From NCBI GenBank assembly GCA_965227295.1, contig OZ245742.1:2368001-2432000 (forward strand): 64,000 bases of DNA, in the 5' to 3' direction. Position numbers and translations under genes: made by a program. The notes under the pieces are model-generated. The model did not search any database, was not told where the DNA came from, and was given only the letters and a program-made list of their open reading frames with translations. Shown here one piece after another: positions 28,373-38,690 of the stretch; position 1 is the first letter of the stretch, and the number at the start of each line of letters is the position of its first letter. The DNA comes from Leptonemataceae bacterium (GTDB lineage Bacteria; Spirochaetota; Leptospiria; Leptospirales; Leptonemataceae).

Positions 28373-28417
28373 GTTTTGCTGATGTGATCTTACGCAGCCG
28401 CACAACGCCCCATACGA

Positions 28418-29257
28418 ATGAAAGCGAGTTCCAGCACGACATACTTCGACACGAACTTCGAGATCCCGGCCCCGGAGTACATCCTCTTTCGGTACAGCCT
28501 GGCCGGTCCGTGCACCCGGCTCTTCGCGGTGCTGCTGGATCACGCGATTCTCTTCGGATTGCTCCTGGTTTCGTTTTTGATTTTGCAGATATTGTTCGGC
28601 ATCAGTCTGTTCTCCGGTCTCGAAGCGGCGGCCGGGCTCTTTCAGTTTCTCACGTTCATGGCGCTCTTCTTCTTGAACTGGTTTTACTTTCTGTCCTTCG
28701 AGTGGGCCAACCGCGGACGCACCCCGGGTAAGATGGCCCTGGGAATCCGCGTCGTCTCGGTGGACGGTACGTCCCTCGACCCCGTGCAGGTCATGATTCG
28801 CAACCTGGTGCGCGTGGCGGACATGTTCCCCATGACGATTACGCTCTTTCCTTCGTACGTCGCCGGCGGCCTGTCTGCCTTTCTGAGCGGCTCGTCGTTC
28901 CAGCGCCTGGGCGATCTCGCCGCGGGCACCATCGTAGTACGCGAACAACGTCCGGTGATGGACGACATTCCCGTGGAAGACGTTCCGAAGATTCGCCGCA
29001 TCGTGAGCGAACTGCACATGCGCGTGTTTCCCTCGGCGTCGTTGACCCAGGGACTCAACGACTTCGTGGCCCGGCGTGCGAAGTTGAACCCGGCCCGGGC
29101 CCAGGAGATCGCGGAGCAGGTCGAGCCCCAGGTGCGGCGTTTCTTCGGCGCCGGGGAAATCGATTGCAACGCCGTGGAGCTGCTGCTCGCGGCCCATCAC
29201 TATCTCTACAGCATGTCCCGCGAAGAATTTACCGGCTTTGCCCTGGGGCGACGCTGA
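28418..29257 (+). CDS. RDD family membrane protein
   Basis: RLFAVLLD, GRTPGKMALGIRVV, QRLGDLAAGTIVV. Confidence 0.9.
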   Translation: MKASSSTTYFDTNFEIPAPEYILFRYSLAGPCTRLFAVLLDHAILFGLLLVSFLILQILFGISLFSGLEAAAGLFQFLTFMALFFLNWFYFLSFEWANRGRTPGKMALGIRVVSVDGTSLDPVQVMIRNLVRVADMFPMTITLFPSYVAGGLSAFLSGSSFQRLGDLAAGTIVVREQRPVMDDIPVEDVPKIRRIVSELHMRVFPSASLTQGLNDFVARRAKLNPARAQEIAEQVEPQVRRFFGAGEIDCNAVELLLAAHHYLYSMSREEFTGFALGRR

Positions 29258-29297
29258 GTTTCTCCTGTAAGATTCTACCGAATAAAAGTTATTCAGC

Positions 29298-30359
29298 ATG
29301 ACGCCCGCAAAATTCATCGAACGCCGCCGCAGCGACTGGCAGGAACTTCACGGCCTCCTGGATCGTCTGGAGAACCGCGCGGATCACGCCTTGAGCCCGG
29401 ACGACTATCTGCGCTTCGGCCGATTGTACCGTTCGGCGTGCACGGACCTCAGTCTCAGCAATACCTGGCGCCTGCCCCGGGACGTGCAGCTCTACCTGGA
29501 AGACCTGGTGTCCCGCTCGCATTCGCATCTCTACTCGTTTCACCGCGACCACTGGCTGCGCGTGAAGGAATTCTTTACGAAGCTCATGCCCCGGGCGGTC
29601 TTCGCCGACGTCTACGTGCGCATATGCGTTCTGGCGTTTTACGTGCCGCTCCTCTTCAGCGCTTACCTGGCCTACGAGTCCCGGGCCTTTGCCGTGGCCG
29701 TCATCGGCGAGGCGGAGATGGAGATGTATCAGGACATGCACGCCATGCGGGAGGACGAGAATCCCGCGGCCGCGGACATGATGGCCGGCACGGGCTTCTA
29801 CGTCTGGAACAACGTCAGCATCGCTCTCTTAACATTCGGTGTCGGAATCTTAGGCGGGGTGTTGTCCCTGGTGCTGGTATTGTTCAACGCGGTCTACCTG
29901 GGGGCGGTGCTGGGCTTTCTTTTGACCGGGCCGGCCGCGGAGAACATCCTGTCCTGGATTCCCGGTCACGGCCCGTTCGAACTTACCGCCATCGCCATTG
30001 CCGGCGGCGCGGGCTTGCGCATGGGCTTTTCGTTTATTGCGCCCGGCGGACGGCGTCGCTTGCGGGCGCTGCGCGAAGAAGCCGAGGGGGCCGTTCCGAT
30101 CATTGCGGCGGCGGTGGTCTTGCTGTTCCTGGCGGCTTTTCTGGAAGCGACGGTGGCGCCGTCGGCTCTGCCGCTCTACGTAAAATTTGCCGTGGGCGGC
30201 GCGTCTTTTCTTTCGATGATCGCTTACTTCGGAATCTACGGCGGTTATCTGCACTACCGCGAACAGCGGGAAGAAGCCGTGCGTTTGCAACGACTGCGGG
30301 CCCGGCCCACGGCCGGCCGCGGCGGCGATGCCCGGAGGTGGGAACCTGGACATTCGTAA
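29298..30359 (+). CDS. Stage II sporulation protein M (SpoIIM) family membrane protein
   Basis: FIERRRSDWQEL, LYRSACTDLS, NNVSIA, HGPFELTAIAIAGGAGL, AAFLEA. Confidence 0.9.
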   Translation: MTPAKFIERRRSDWQELHGLLDRLENRADHALSPDDYLRFGRLYRSACTDLSLSNTWRLPRDVQLYLEDLVSRSHSHLYSFHRDHWLRVKEFFTKLMPRAVFADVYVRICVLAFYVPLLFSAYLAYESRAFAVAVIGEAEMEMYQDMHAMREDENPAAADMMAGTGFYVWNNVSIALLTFGVGILGGVLSLVLVLFNAVYLGAVLGFLLTGPAAENILSWIPGHGPFELTAIAIAGGAGLRMGFSFIAPGGRRRLRALREEAEGAVPIIAAAVVLLFLAAFLEATVAPSALPLYVKFAVGGASFLSMIAYFGIYGGYLHYREQREEAVRLQRLRARPTAGRGGDARRWEPGHS

Positions 30360-31167
30360 CATCCAGTACCAGTTGCGCCCGCGGCGGCTGGACGAGGTCT
30401 TCGACTTCGCCCTGCTGGTCATTCGTCGGCACCTGGGCCTGTTCTTGCTCGTGGGCCTGCCGCCGGTGATTCTGTTTACCGCGCTGAACACGGTGCTGAT
30501 CTTCTACCTGAACGGCGGCTGGCTCGATGAGCCCGAGTCTTCCTCCTGGTTGCATCTGTTCGTATTGGTTTTGCTTTTTTTCGAACGCAGCGTCTTAGCT
30601 TTACCTGTGTTGTTGTTAAACGGCACGCTCCTCTTCGACGATCGTCCGCGGTTGCGGCAAATCTTGCGCACGTCCCTCTCCGTCTATCCGCGCTATCTCA
30701 TGCACCAGGCTGTGCTGCGCAGCGTACTCTGCGTGGGGCTCGGCTGGACGATCATCGCGCCGTGGTGGGCCGTCGTAACGCATTTCTTCAAGAGCGAGGT
30801 CATTGCCCTGGAACGATTGCAGGGCGCACAAATCGGCCGGCGCCTGTCCGCGATGACCGCCGGGCAGAACGAGCGTACGTTCGGATTCTTGATCATTGAC
30901 GCCGCCTTTTTCGTACTCGTGGTGCTCGCGGCGTCGTACGGTTGGAACTATCTCCTCGATACCCTCAAGCTTGCGGAACGCTACTGGTGGCTGGACGCGC
31001 AGCCCATGCTGCTCGCCCCGATCATGCACGTCTTTATCTTGAGCTACGCGATCTTTCACACGACGGCGAAGTTCTTGTTTTACATCGATTCACGTTCGTT
31101 GCGCGAGGGCTGGGACGTGGAACTCAGCCTGGTGAAAGGCATCCGCGAAACCGAGGAGGTCGCGTGA
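30328..31167 (+). CDS. Conserved membrane protein of RDD/SpoIIM/MoxR clusters
   Basis: LRPRRLDEVFD N-terminus, YIDSRSLREGWDVEL C-terminus, several TM segments. Confidence 0.75.
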   Translation: MPGGGNLDIRNIQYQLRPRRLDEVFDFALLVIRRHLGLFLLVGLPPVILFTALNTVLIFYLNGGWLDEPESSSWLHLFVLVLLFFERSVLALPVLLLNGTLLFDDRPRLRQILRTSLSVYPRYLMHQAVLRSVLCVGLGWTIIAPWWAVVTHFFKSEVIALERLQGAQIGRRLSAMTAGQNERTFGFLIIDAAFFVLVVLAASYGWNYLLDTLKLAERYWWLDAQPMLLAPIMHVFILSYAIFHTTAKFLFYIDSRSLREGWDVELSLVKGIRETEEVA

Positions 31168-31991
31168 AATATTCACCGCTCTCTTTGAGTCGCGCAATGT
31201 TCGTGCGTGTGCTGGCCGTGCTGGTACTTACGGCGCCGCCCGTCGCCGTGAACACCATCGATCTTTTCGCGCAGGGGAACGAAGCCGGGCGTGAAGCGGT
31301 CCGCGAGTCCCTGGGCGAAAGCGAATGGTACGATTCCCAACGCGACGATTACCGACGCTATGCGCCGGAGGACATCGAACTGCCCGAGGAAAGCGACGGC
31401 CCGCGCTGCAACCGTGCGCCGAACATGGCGCCGACCTCGGGGCTTTCTCCGGTGATCCTCAATTTCCTGGCCTACGGTTTGATCGCCGGCCTGTGCGCTT
31501 TGATTCTGTACTTAATCGCGCGGATCGTAATGGAACGTCGGAACGAGGAGCGTATTTCGCTCGAAGACCTGGAGGCCGCCGAAGTCGTGCACGAGGAACT
31601 GCCGGACGAGATTGCCGGCCAGGCCGGAATTGATCTGGCGAGCAAAGAACCGCTGAACCTGAAACGCCTGAGAGACATGATCGAGGGTGCATTGCGCGAC
31701 GGTGAACTCGGCCGGGCCTGCGTGTACATGTTCCTGTTCGCCTTGCTCGGGTTTCATCATCTCGGCCACCTGGAGTTGCATCGGGATCGGACCGCCCGGG
31801 AGTACGTCCGTTCATTGCAGGGAGGCGGTCCCGCGGGCGGCCTGGTGGACTTGTTTGCGGATCTCGCCCGGCTCTTTGAATATGCCCTGTACCGCGGTCA
31901 TTTGCCGGAAACCGTGGACTCCACGGACGTGCGGGACCGCTGGTCGCGATTGCGGGCGGCCATCGACGGCGAGGCGGCGGCGCCTCGCTGA
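31164..31991 (+). CDS. DUF4129-like membrane-anchored protein
   Basis: GTG start after GAGGAGG; TM segment followed by DRTAREY...LFEYALY. Confidence 0.75.
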   Translation: MKYSPLSLSRAMFVRVLAVLVLTAPPVAVNTIDLFAQGNEAGREAVRESLGESEWYDSQRDDYRRYAPEDIELPEESDGPRCNRAPNMAPTSGLSPVILNFLAYGLIAGLCALILYLIARIVMERRNEERISLEDLEAAEVVHEELPDEIAGQAGIDLASKEPLNLKRLRDMIEGALRDGELGRACVYMFLFALLGFHHLGHLELHRDRTAREYVRSLQGGGPAGGLVDLFADLARLFEYALYRGHLPETVDSTDVRDRWSRLRAAIDGEAAAPR

Positions 31992-32000
31992 GTAAGTGTA

Positions 32001-33434
32001 ATGCGCAAGAAGTTAATAAACAATACTTTGCGAATTGTCGGGCGCGGGGTCGGTCTGGGGTTGCTTATGCTCTTCCTGCACGCCTGCGGCGGCGGGGCCT
32101 GCCGCGAGCCGTTGGTGGACGACAGTTACGGCACCGTGGACACCGAGAGCATCAACGGCCTCGACGCCTTTTACGAATTGCTGGCCGTGAAGAACGGCGA
32201 TGAAAAGCATGAACTGGAACGCTCTTCGTATCTTACGCATCGCATTCGTCGCGAAGCGGACGTCGTCGTTTTTTTTGAAAGCAATCACATCTACGGTGAA
32301 GACTACTATCGTCGCCTGGAAGGCTGGTTGTACGGGCTCAGCACGGCCGAGATCGAGGAACTCGAACAGGTGGTTCCGGACGAGGAAGACTTCGAAAGCA
32401 TTGAGGGCGTGTGGAATGCGCAACGCCGCCTGGCCCTGCAGGGAGAGGAAGATCGGGAACCCGACGAAGCGAACGAAGGCAACGAGGGCGATAAGTACAA
32501 GACCATCCTCTATTTCTTAAAAGACACCGACGCGAGCATTGCGTTCTGGGAGTACGTGGCCGGTCAGGTCCGAGAATCCCCGGACCACGTGGCTTACTGC
32601 GAGAGCATGATCGGTCGGGAGCGTTTCGCCCGTAACTTTAACAAACCGCCGGTTTACGCGCCGTTCGCCACGCGTTCGGAAAAGTATCCCGGCGGCGCGC
32701 CCCAGGCGAATCTGTTGCGGGATCGCAGCGTGTTTCGTTCGGCGATCCCGCGTTATCCCGTGCGCACGGTGCCGGGTGCGGCGCGTTCGCTCTTCGGCCT
32801 CGACGGCTGGGACGGCGTACCGGCCCGGACCCTGCTTGCCACCAGCGACGGTGACGACATCATCCGCCAGGTGGAGCTGCCGAACGCGCGCCTTATCGTC
32901 GTCTTCAATTCGGAACCGTTCCTGAACTTTTCGCTGGTGCGTCCCGAGTATCGCCGCATGGCCCGGGATCTCATTCGCCATGCGTTGAACCAGGTGCCCG
33001 CGGGCCAGGAACCGAACATTGCCATCGTGCGCCGGCAGTTACTGCCGTCCGCGGACGCTGCCGAGAACGAGTTCGACTTCCTGCGTTTTCTGTTCGTGTT
33101 CCCGATCAATCTCATTGTCCTGCACTTCCTGTTGATCCTGGTGCTCTTTCTGCTTTCGCGCTGGCCGCACTGGCGCCCGCCGCTGGAAACGGCCCCGGCC
33201 GGCAACCGGGAGTTCCTGGAACACATTCGGGCCCTGGGCGTACGCTTAAGTCGCACTCGTCCGCGGTTAAAGGCCCTCGGGCCGCTGTTGCAGTACAAAC
33301 AAAAGACGACCGGCAAAGACTACAGCGAGGTCATTCGGCGATTGGAAGGCCAGACCGCGCGCAAAGCCGATGCACCGCCGGGGAACGCGAGCAATCATAC
33401 AAACGACGCTCTTGAATCCAGAAAGGAATACTGA
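32001..33434 (+). CDS. DUF4350-like lipoprotein/membrane protein
   Basis: Lipobox-like FLHAC, SINGLDAFYELL, EPFLNFSLV, C-terminal TM and EFLEHIRALG; cluster context. Confidence 0.65.
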   Translation: MRKKLINNTLRIVGRGVGLGLLMLFLHACGGGACREPLVDDSYGTVDTESINGLDAFYELLAVKNGDEKHELERSSYLTHRIRREADVVVFFESNHIYGEDYYRRLEGWLYGLSTAEIEELEQVVPDEEDFESIEGVWNAQRRLALQGEEDREPDEANEGNEGDKYKTILYFLKDTDASIAFWEYVAGQVRESPDHVAYCESMIGRERFARNFNKPPVYAPFATRSEKYPGGAPQANLLRDRSVFRSAIPRYPVRTVPGAARSLFGLDGWDGVPARTLLATSDGDDIIRQVELPNARLIVVFNSEPFLNFSLVRPEYRRMARDLIRHALNQVPAGQEPNIAIVRRQLLPSADAAENEFDFLRFLFVFPINLIVLHFLLILVLFLLSRWPHWRPPLETAPAGNREFLEHIRALGVRLSRTRPRLKALGPLLQYKQKTTGKDYSEVIRRLEGQTARKADAPPGNASNHTNDALESRKEY

Positions 33435-33439
33435 GAATT

Positions 33440-34405
33440 ATGGCAGATACAAAAATTGTTCAAATGGCGGAGCGCATCGCAAAGTTGCGCGCGGAAATAT
33501 CCAAAGTCTACGTGGGCCAGCAGGAACTGGTTACCGGCGTCCTGGCCGCCCTCTTCGCCGGCGGTCACGTAATGATCGAGGGCGTGCCGGGTCTCGGCAA
33601 GACGCTCCTGGTGCGAGTCCTGGGCGTGGCCCTGGGATGCAACTTCTCGCGCATTCAGTTCACGCCGGACCTCATGCCGTCGGACATCACCGGCTCGCAC
33701 ATCTTCAATCAAAAAGAGGGCAAGTTCGTTTTCGTGCGCGGCCCGATCTTCACGAATCTGCTGCTGGCGGACGAGATCAACCGCTCACCGGCGAAGACGC
33801 ACTCGGCGTTGCTGGAGATCATGCAGGAACGTCAGGTGACCATCGACAATCGTCGGTATCCCATCGAACCGCCGTTCTTCGCGCTGGCCACTCAGAACCC
33901 GGTGGAGTCCGAAGGAACCTACGCCCTGCCGGAAGCGCAGTTAGATCGCTTTTTGTTGAAGTTACTGATCGAATACCCGAGCAAAGAGGAAGAACTGAAC
34001 ATCCTGCGTCTGCATTCCGAGGGCATGACCTTCGATACCCTCAACGAAACCGAGGTCCTCTTCAACGCGAAGAGCGTACTCGAGGTCATCGCCGCGGCGG
34101 AGAGCGTAAAAGTTTCGGAGGCCATCCTCGATTACATCGGCCGGTTGGTACGCTCCACCCGGGAACGGCGGGACATTTATTTGGGCTGTTCGCCGCGCGC
34201 GGGCATCGCGCTCCTGCGCACGTCGCGGGTCATGGCGTTGATGGAAGGTCGGGACTTCGTCATCCCGGACGACGTCAAACGATTGGTGGCGCCGGCGTTC
34301 CGGCATCGCCTGGTGCTCACGCCGGAGGCCGAGGTGGAAGGCCGCACCGCCGACGACATCATCCAGGAAGTCACGGCGTCGGTGGAAGTCCCGCGGGGAG
34401 AGTAA
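33440..34405 (+). CDS. moxR: MoxR-family AAA+ ATPase
   Basis: EGVPGLGKT, RIQFTPDLMPSDITG, LLADEINR, ATQNPVE, LPEAQLDRF. Confidence 0.95.
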   Translation: MADTKIVQMAERIAKLRAEISKVYVGQQELVTGVLAALFAGGHVMIEGVPGLGKTLLVRVLGVALGCNFSRIQFTPDLMPSDITGSHIFNQKEGKFVFVRGPIFTNLLLADEINRSPAKTHSALLEIMQERQVTIDNRRYPIEPPFFALATQNPVESEGTYALPEAQLDRFLLKLLIEYPSKEEELNILRLHSEGMTFDTLNETEVLFNAKSVLEVIAAAESVKVSEAILDYIGRLVRSTRERRDIYLGCSPRAGIALLRTSRVMALMEGRDFVIPDDVKRLVAPAFRHRLVLTPEAEVEGRTADDIIQEVTASVEVPRGE

Positions 34406-34416
34406 GCACCACCGCC

Positions 34417-35775
34417 GTGTTTTATCCTACGAACAAATTTCTTTTGCTGATGTTGCTCCCGCTGGGGACGGCGCTGGCCTTGCCGTTGCTGGAGTTCACG
34501 GCGGAGCTGGAGTTCTTAAAGGGGAACCAGGCCTTCATCATCGAAACCCTGGTTACGATCGATCTGTTGTTACTGGCCGTTTTCGCCATCGATGCGCTGA
34601 CGGTGCCGCGCCGTCGCCGCTTTCGCGCGGAGCGCAGCACGGATCCGGTCTTCTCGGCGAACTTTCCGCATCGGGTGAATCTGGACATCAACGTGGGCCG
34701 CGGTCGCGTGCGCAGTCGATTTCACGCCCGGGTCTACGACGACGCCCGGGAAGGCATGCACGTCCTCGGTTTTCCGCATCATACGACTCTGCAAACCGGG
34801 CGCAATCGCATCGAGTACCGCCTCCAGATCCCGCAGCGCGGTAACTATCCTTTAAAGAAAGTTTACATCACCTGCTACTCGCTGCTGGGATTCGTCCGCC
34901 GGGTCTATCACGTGCGTTGCGAGAGTCGCCTGCGCGTGTATCCGGACCTCAAGCGAGTGAGCCGCTACGCCCTGCTGGCGCGCAAGTCACACCTGGGCTT
35001 GATCGGCATTCGTCGGGCGCGCCGGGCCGGCGGCGACAACGAATTCGAGCGCCTGCGAGACTACGAGAACGACGACGAGTTTCGCCACATCGACTGGAAG
35101 GCCACGGCGAAGCAGTCCCGCCTCATTGTGCGCACCTACCAGATGCAGCAAAACCAGACCGTCATTTTCCTGGCGGACTGCGGCCGCATGATGACGGCGG
35201 AGTTCTTCGGCCGCTCGCTTTTGGACTACGCCCTGGACTCGATCTTAATGTTATCTCACGTAGCCTTAAAGCAGGGTGACCGCGTGGGCCTGATTGCCTT
35301 CGCCGGCAGCGTCATTCGTTACGTGAAACCGGCGCCCGGACCGGTGCAACACCGGCGCCTGGTGCAGGCCTGTTATGATTTGTTTCCCCGTCACGAGGAG
35401 AGCAACTACGACCACGTCTTTCAGTACCTCAACTCCGTGTCCCGGAAGCGCAGCCTGGTGACGCTCCTGACGAACGTGATCGACGACATGAACGCCGAGA
35501 TGATGCTTTCGTACCTCGGCGCCCTGGCCGGCCGGCATTTGCCGTTCGCCGTGTTGCTCAAGCAGCGGGAGATTCACGATCTCGTGGAGCGCGCGCCGTC
35601 GAACATGGACGATCTCTTTGAGCAGGCGGCCGCGGCGGACTTTCTGTTGTGGAAGGAGACCGTGGTCCAGAAACTCAAGAACCGCAACGTCCTGGCCTTA
35701 GAAGCGTTTCCGGATAACTTAGACGCCGCGCTGATCAACGAGTATTTGAAGATCAAAGCGCGTAAACTGCTCTGA
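34417..35775 (+). CDS. DUF58 (vWA-like) protein
   Basis: EFERLRDYENDDEFRHIDWKATAK, DCGRMM, GDRVGLIAF; start approximate (GTG 34417). Confidence 0.9.
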   Translation: MFYPTNKFLLLMLLPLGTALALPLLEFTAELEFLKGNQAFIIETLVTIDLLLLAVFAIDALTVPRRRRFRAERSTDPVFSANFPHRVNLDINVGRGRVRSRFHARVYDDAREGMHVLGFPHHTTLQTGRNRIEYRLQIPQRGNYPLKKVYITCYSLLGFVRRVYHVRCESRLRVYPDLKRVSRYALLARKSHLGLIGIRRARRAGGDNEFERLRDYENDDEFRHIDWKATAKQSRLIVRTYQMQQNQTVIFLADCGRMMTAEFFGRSLLDYALDSILMLSHVALKQGDRVGLIAFAGSVIRYVKPAPGPVQHRRLVQACYDLFPRHEESNYDHVFQYLNSVSRKRSLVTLLTNVIDDMNAEMMLSYLGALAGRHLPFAVLLKQREIHDLVERAPSNMDDLFEQAAAADFLLWKETVVQKLKNRNVLALEAFPDNLDAALINEYLKIKARKLL

Positions 35776-35794
35776 CACCGGCCGCTCCTTTGCT

Positions 35795-36061
35795 TTACAG
35801 TTCGCCGGCGAGACGGCGATAGAAGGCGTAGCCGAGATTGCGCCGCAGGCAGTACTCCGCCAGCGACAGGCGCTGGGAGAGATAGTCGATGACCGTGAGG
35901 TTGTAGCGCAGCGGTTCGTGGGAGTGAATGGTGCGCGCGTGGTCGACGGCTTCTCGTACCAACAGGTCCGCGCGGTTTGCGAGGCGGTCGATGAGCCGAT
36001 CCTTGTTCTGGTGATGGAGTCGTTCCCGTAACTGTGCCATGGTATCCTCGGACCCCATCAT
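35795..36061 (-). CDS. Hypothetical protein (~80-88 aa)
   Basis: Open frame with host-like codon usage, downstream of the PA14 gene. Confidence 0.55.
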   Translation of the reverse strand: MMGSEDTMAQLRERLHHQNKDRLIDRLANRADLLVREAVDHARTIHSHEPLRYNLTVIDYLSQRLSLAEYCLRRNLGYAFYRRLAGEL

Positions 36062-36082
36062 TTGTTTACATGCCTCGTTTCT

Positions 36083-37612
36083 TCAAGTCTTTTTCCCCCA
36101 CCGCACTATTTTGGCCGGCTCCCCGCCTGCCTGGTGCAACGTAACCGGTTCCATCCTGCCATCGCCGTCGAAGTCTCCGGAGGTAATCGCCCGCAGGCCG
36201 TCGGGAATCGGGATCGTGGTTTGTCGGCGAAAAGAGGGACCGCCGTTGCGATAGACCCAGAGTTGATCGACGGAATCGCTGCCCGTGAGGACATCCGGTC
36301 GGCCGTCGCGGTCGAGGTCCATCACCGCCACGGCATTGGGCGCGCCCGGGAGTTCGATCTGCTGCGCGATTTTCTTGCCGGCATCGATCTCTACGACAAG
36401 CAATACGCCGGTTTTTTCCCCGGCGAGGGCGAGGATGATCTGCCCGTTTGCTTCGGCCAGGCGGCCGGTCTCAAAATCATTCGGAAGCGGGATTTGCTGT
36501 TTCTGATACTCACCGCCGTCCGATCTTGCAAACACAACCAGGCCTGGCCCGCCTGCGCCCTTCACCAGCACGACCAGGCGATCGCCGGTCTTGCGTTGCG
36601 TGGCGACCAGGTCGATGCCCATTCCGTCCAGTTGGATCGAGTGCGGAGTGTCGTTTTCGTAGATGCGCAGTTCCGGGCTGTTTTTATGCAGCACGGCCAG
36701 GTCCGCGGTGCCGTCGGCGTTCCAGTCACCGGCGGCGATGCGAAAGGGATCGTGACCGGCAGGCAAAGCCTTCGCGCGACCGGGCAGACCGTCTGCGCGT
36801 CCGTAGAGCAGGGTGATGGTGCCGCCGTAGTTGTAGTTGCAGGCGGCGAGATCGATGCGCCCGTCCCCGTTAAAGTCTCCCGCCGCCAGGGCGATGGGAC
36901 CGAGGCCCGCGTCCGCACGGCCGAGCCTGGAAAAACCACCGGCCACGGGCAACACGCTCAGTTTGCCGCCGGGTGGTTGCCAGAACAAACGCGCCACGGC
37001 CCCGCCGCCGTTTTCGTAGTAGTCCATTTGCAGTTCGTACTCCCGGCCCGCGCTGAGCCGGACTTCGCCGGAATAACGGGCGGGAGACTGGTCCTGCCAG
37101 CGATCGATGATCTTACGGCCGTCGATGAACAGGCGCACTCCGTCATCGCTTTCCGTTGTGAATTCATATGTTCCGCTGACGGCCGGGCGCAGCTTCGCCG
37201 TCCAGCGAACGCTAAATGAATCTGCGCCAAAGTTAGTGGGGAAGGGGGCGTCGTTGCCCCAGTCGAAGTCGATGCTTGCGTCCGTACGACTGCGGCGTTT
37301 GCCGCTGAACTTGCGTGCCGCGTTTGCATCGTCGTAGTAGCGGCCGCGGGGCGGTTCCGTAAAACCGGCCGTGTTGCGCCCGGCGAACCGCACGGCGTCC
37401 GCACCGTAGTCCGCCAGGGCCAGCAGCGGGTTTCCGTCGCTGAGGAAATCCGCTGTAACAATATCGTGAGCGCCGTCGGCTGCATCCGTAAGGACGTAGG
37501 GTTCGTACGCGGCGCGGCTTTGCGGATGCAACGTGGATGCAGCGACCCAGGCCAGGGCAGTCGCCACGATCAACCGTCGGTAGTTCAAGAATGAACAAGG
37601 AAAACCGGTCAT
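36083..37612 (-). CDS. Exported FG-GAP repeat protein with an inserted PA14 domain
   Basis: Signal peptide; PA14 motifs IDFDWG, FSVRW, SDDGVRLFIDG, YYENGGGA; repeats GDFNGDGRIDL and DLDRDGRPD. Confidence 0.85.
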   Translation of the reverse strand: MTGFPCSFLNYRRLIVATALAWVAASTLHPQSRAAYEPYVLTDAADGAHDIVTADFLSDGNPLLALADYGADAVRFAGRNTAGFTEPPRGRYYDDANAARKFSGKRRSRTDASIDFDWGNDAPFPTNFGADSFSVRWTAKLRPAVSGTYEFTTESDDGVRLFIDGRKIIDRWQDQSPARYSGEVRLSAGREYELQMDYYENGGGAVARLFWQPPGGKLSVLPVAGGFSRLGRADAGLGPIALAAGDFNGDGRIDLAACNYNYGGTITLLYGRADGLPGRAKALPAGHDPFRIAAGDWNADGTADLAVLHKNSPELRIYENDTPHSIQLDGMGIDLVATQRKTGDRLVVLVKGAGGPGLVVFARSDGGEYQKQQIPLPNDFETGRLAEANGQIILALAGEKTGVLLVVEIDAGKKIAQQIELPGAPNAVAVMDLDRDGRPDVLTGSDSVDQLWVYRNGGPSFRRQTTIPIPDGLRAITSGDFDGDGRMEPVTLHQAGGEPAKIVRWGKKT

Positions 37613-37652
37613 GCGGTTTAGTCCGGAGCGCCGAACATCGAGTTCGCCTTTT

Positions 37653-38594
37653 TCAGCGGAATTGCGGCACGTATTTTTGAAGAAACGTGTGCAGGTTCTC
37701 ACGATAGCCGGCGGGATTGACGAAGATGTCCTGGCCGTGTCTGGCGCCCCATTCGTTGATGTGCAGAGTTTTGCGTTCGTGCGGGACGGCCTCGTAGATG
37801 ACTTCGGAGTGATACGGCTTCGTTCCGGCGTCGGCCAGTGAGTGCGAAAGAAAGACCGGCGCCTGGATGGCCGCGGCGGCGGCGCGCGGCGAAACTTCTG
37901 CCGGCTGAAAGTTACAGCGCAATCCGGCCAGGAACATGGCCGGCGGCAGAATCGGTCCGACCACGGCCGCGCCGAAGTCCGCGCTCCCGCGTTCGTAGAA
38001 GATCGGCTGTAGATCGCTGTAGGGTGCATCGGCGCCGACGAAGGCCAGCTCCGGTTCCCGGCCTGCCGTAATCAACACAATGGCCGCGCCCATGGACTCG
38101 CCCATGAGGCCGATCTGCGACTTCGGCAATTGCGTCTTCGCCTGGAGCCAGTCGATCCAGTGTTTCATGTCCCGGCTCTCATGATATCCGTAGGTACCGC
38201 AACTGCCCTCGGACTCGCCGTGATAGCGGGCGTCCACCGTGAGCACGGAGCAACGGTACGGCGCTTCGGCGAACAAGCGGACGTACTTCAGCCCGCCCCA
38301 GCGCGTTCCGGTATGACCGTGGTGCAGGATCACCGCGCACTTGCCGGAGTTCGCGAAGTACCAGCCGTTCAGGGTGATCGTCTCGTCCGTGCCGGGATGT
38401 TCGGGAACCGTAACGCTCGCCTCTTCCGGAGGGCCGAGGCCGAACTCAGCGGCCACCGGTTGAAACTTGAGGTTCGTGCGATCTTCCTCTAACGTACGCT
38501 TGTGAAAGTGAATGATGACGTCCGAGAAGTAAAAGGCCGCGCCCCCGTAAATGAAGGCGATGAGGAGGATCAGTACGACGGCGATTCGTTTCAT
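37653..38594 (-). CDS. Membrane-anchored alpha/beta hydrolase
   Basis: N-terminal TM, HHGHTG, DARYHGESEG, GESMG nucleophile elbow. Confidence 0.88.
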   Translation of the reverse strand: MKRIAVVLILLIAFIYGGAAFYFSDVIIHFHKRTLEEDRTNLKFQPVAAEFGLGPPEEASVTVPEHPGTDETITLNGWYFANSGKCAVILHHGHTGTRWGGLKYVRLFAEAPYRCSVLTVDARYHGESEGSCGTYGYHESRDMKHWIDWLQAKTQLPKSQIGLMGESMGAAIVLITAGREPELAFVGADAPYSDLQPIFYERGSADFGAAVVGPILPPAMFLAGLRCNFQPAEVSPRAAAAAIQAPVFLSHSLADAGTKPYHSEVIYEAVPHERKTLHINEWGARHGQDIFVNPAGYRENLHTFLQKYVPQFR

Positions 38595-38690
38595 CGCGTT
38601 GATTCGAACCTGGTGCGCTGCATCGGTCAAGCGAAATGAAAAAAGTGGTTGCGATCCGCGCGGATGGTTTGCATTTCATGCGTCCCCGTT

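Noticed and set aside
27827..29317. 496-aa minus-strand ORF
   Set aside because: Antisense shadow of coaD and the RDD gene, expected in GC-rich DNA.
33370..34416. N-terminal 349 aa of the 801-aa ORF as a real MoxR-overlapping protein
   Set aside because: Alternative frame of moxR with Arg/Gly/Pro-rich composition; the DUF58 protein begins near 34417.
37613..38029. N-terminal extension of the PA14 protein
   Set aside because: Overlaps the hydrolase gene in another frame; the signal peptide starts near 37612.
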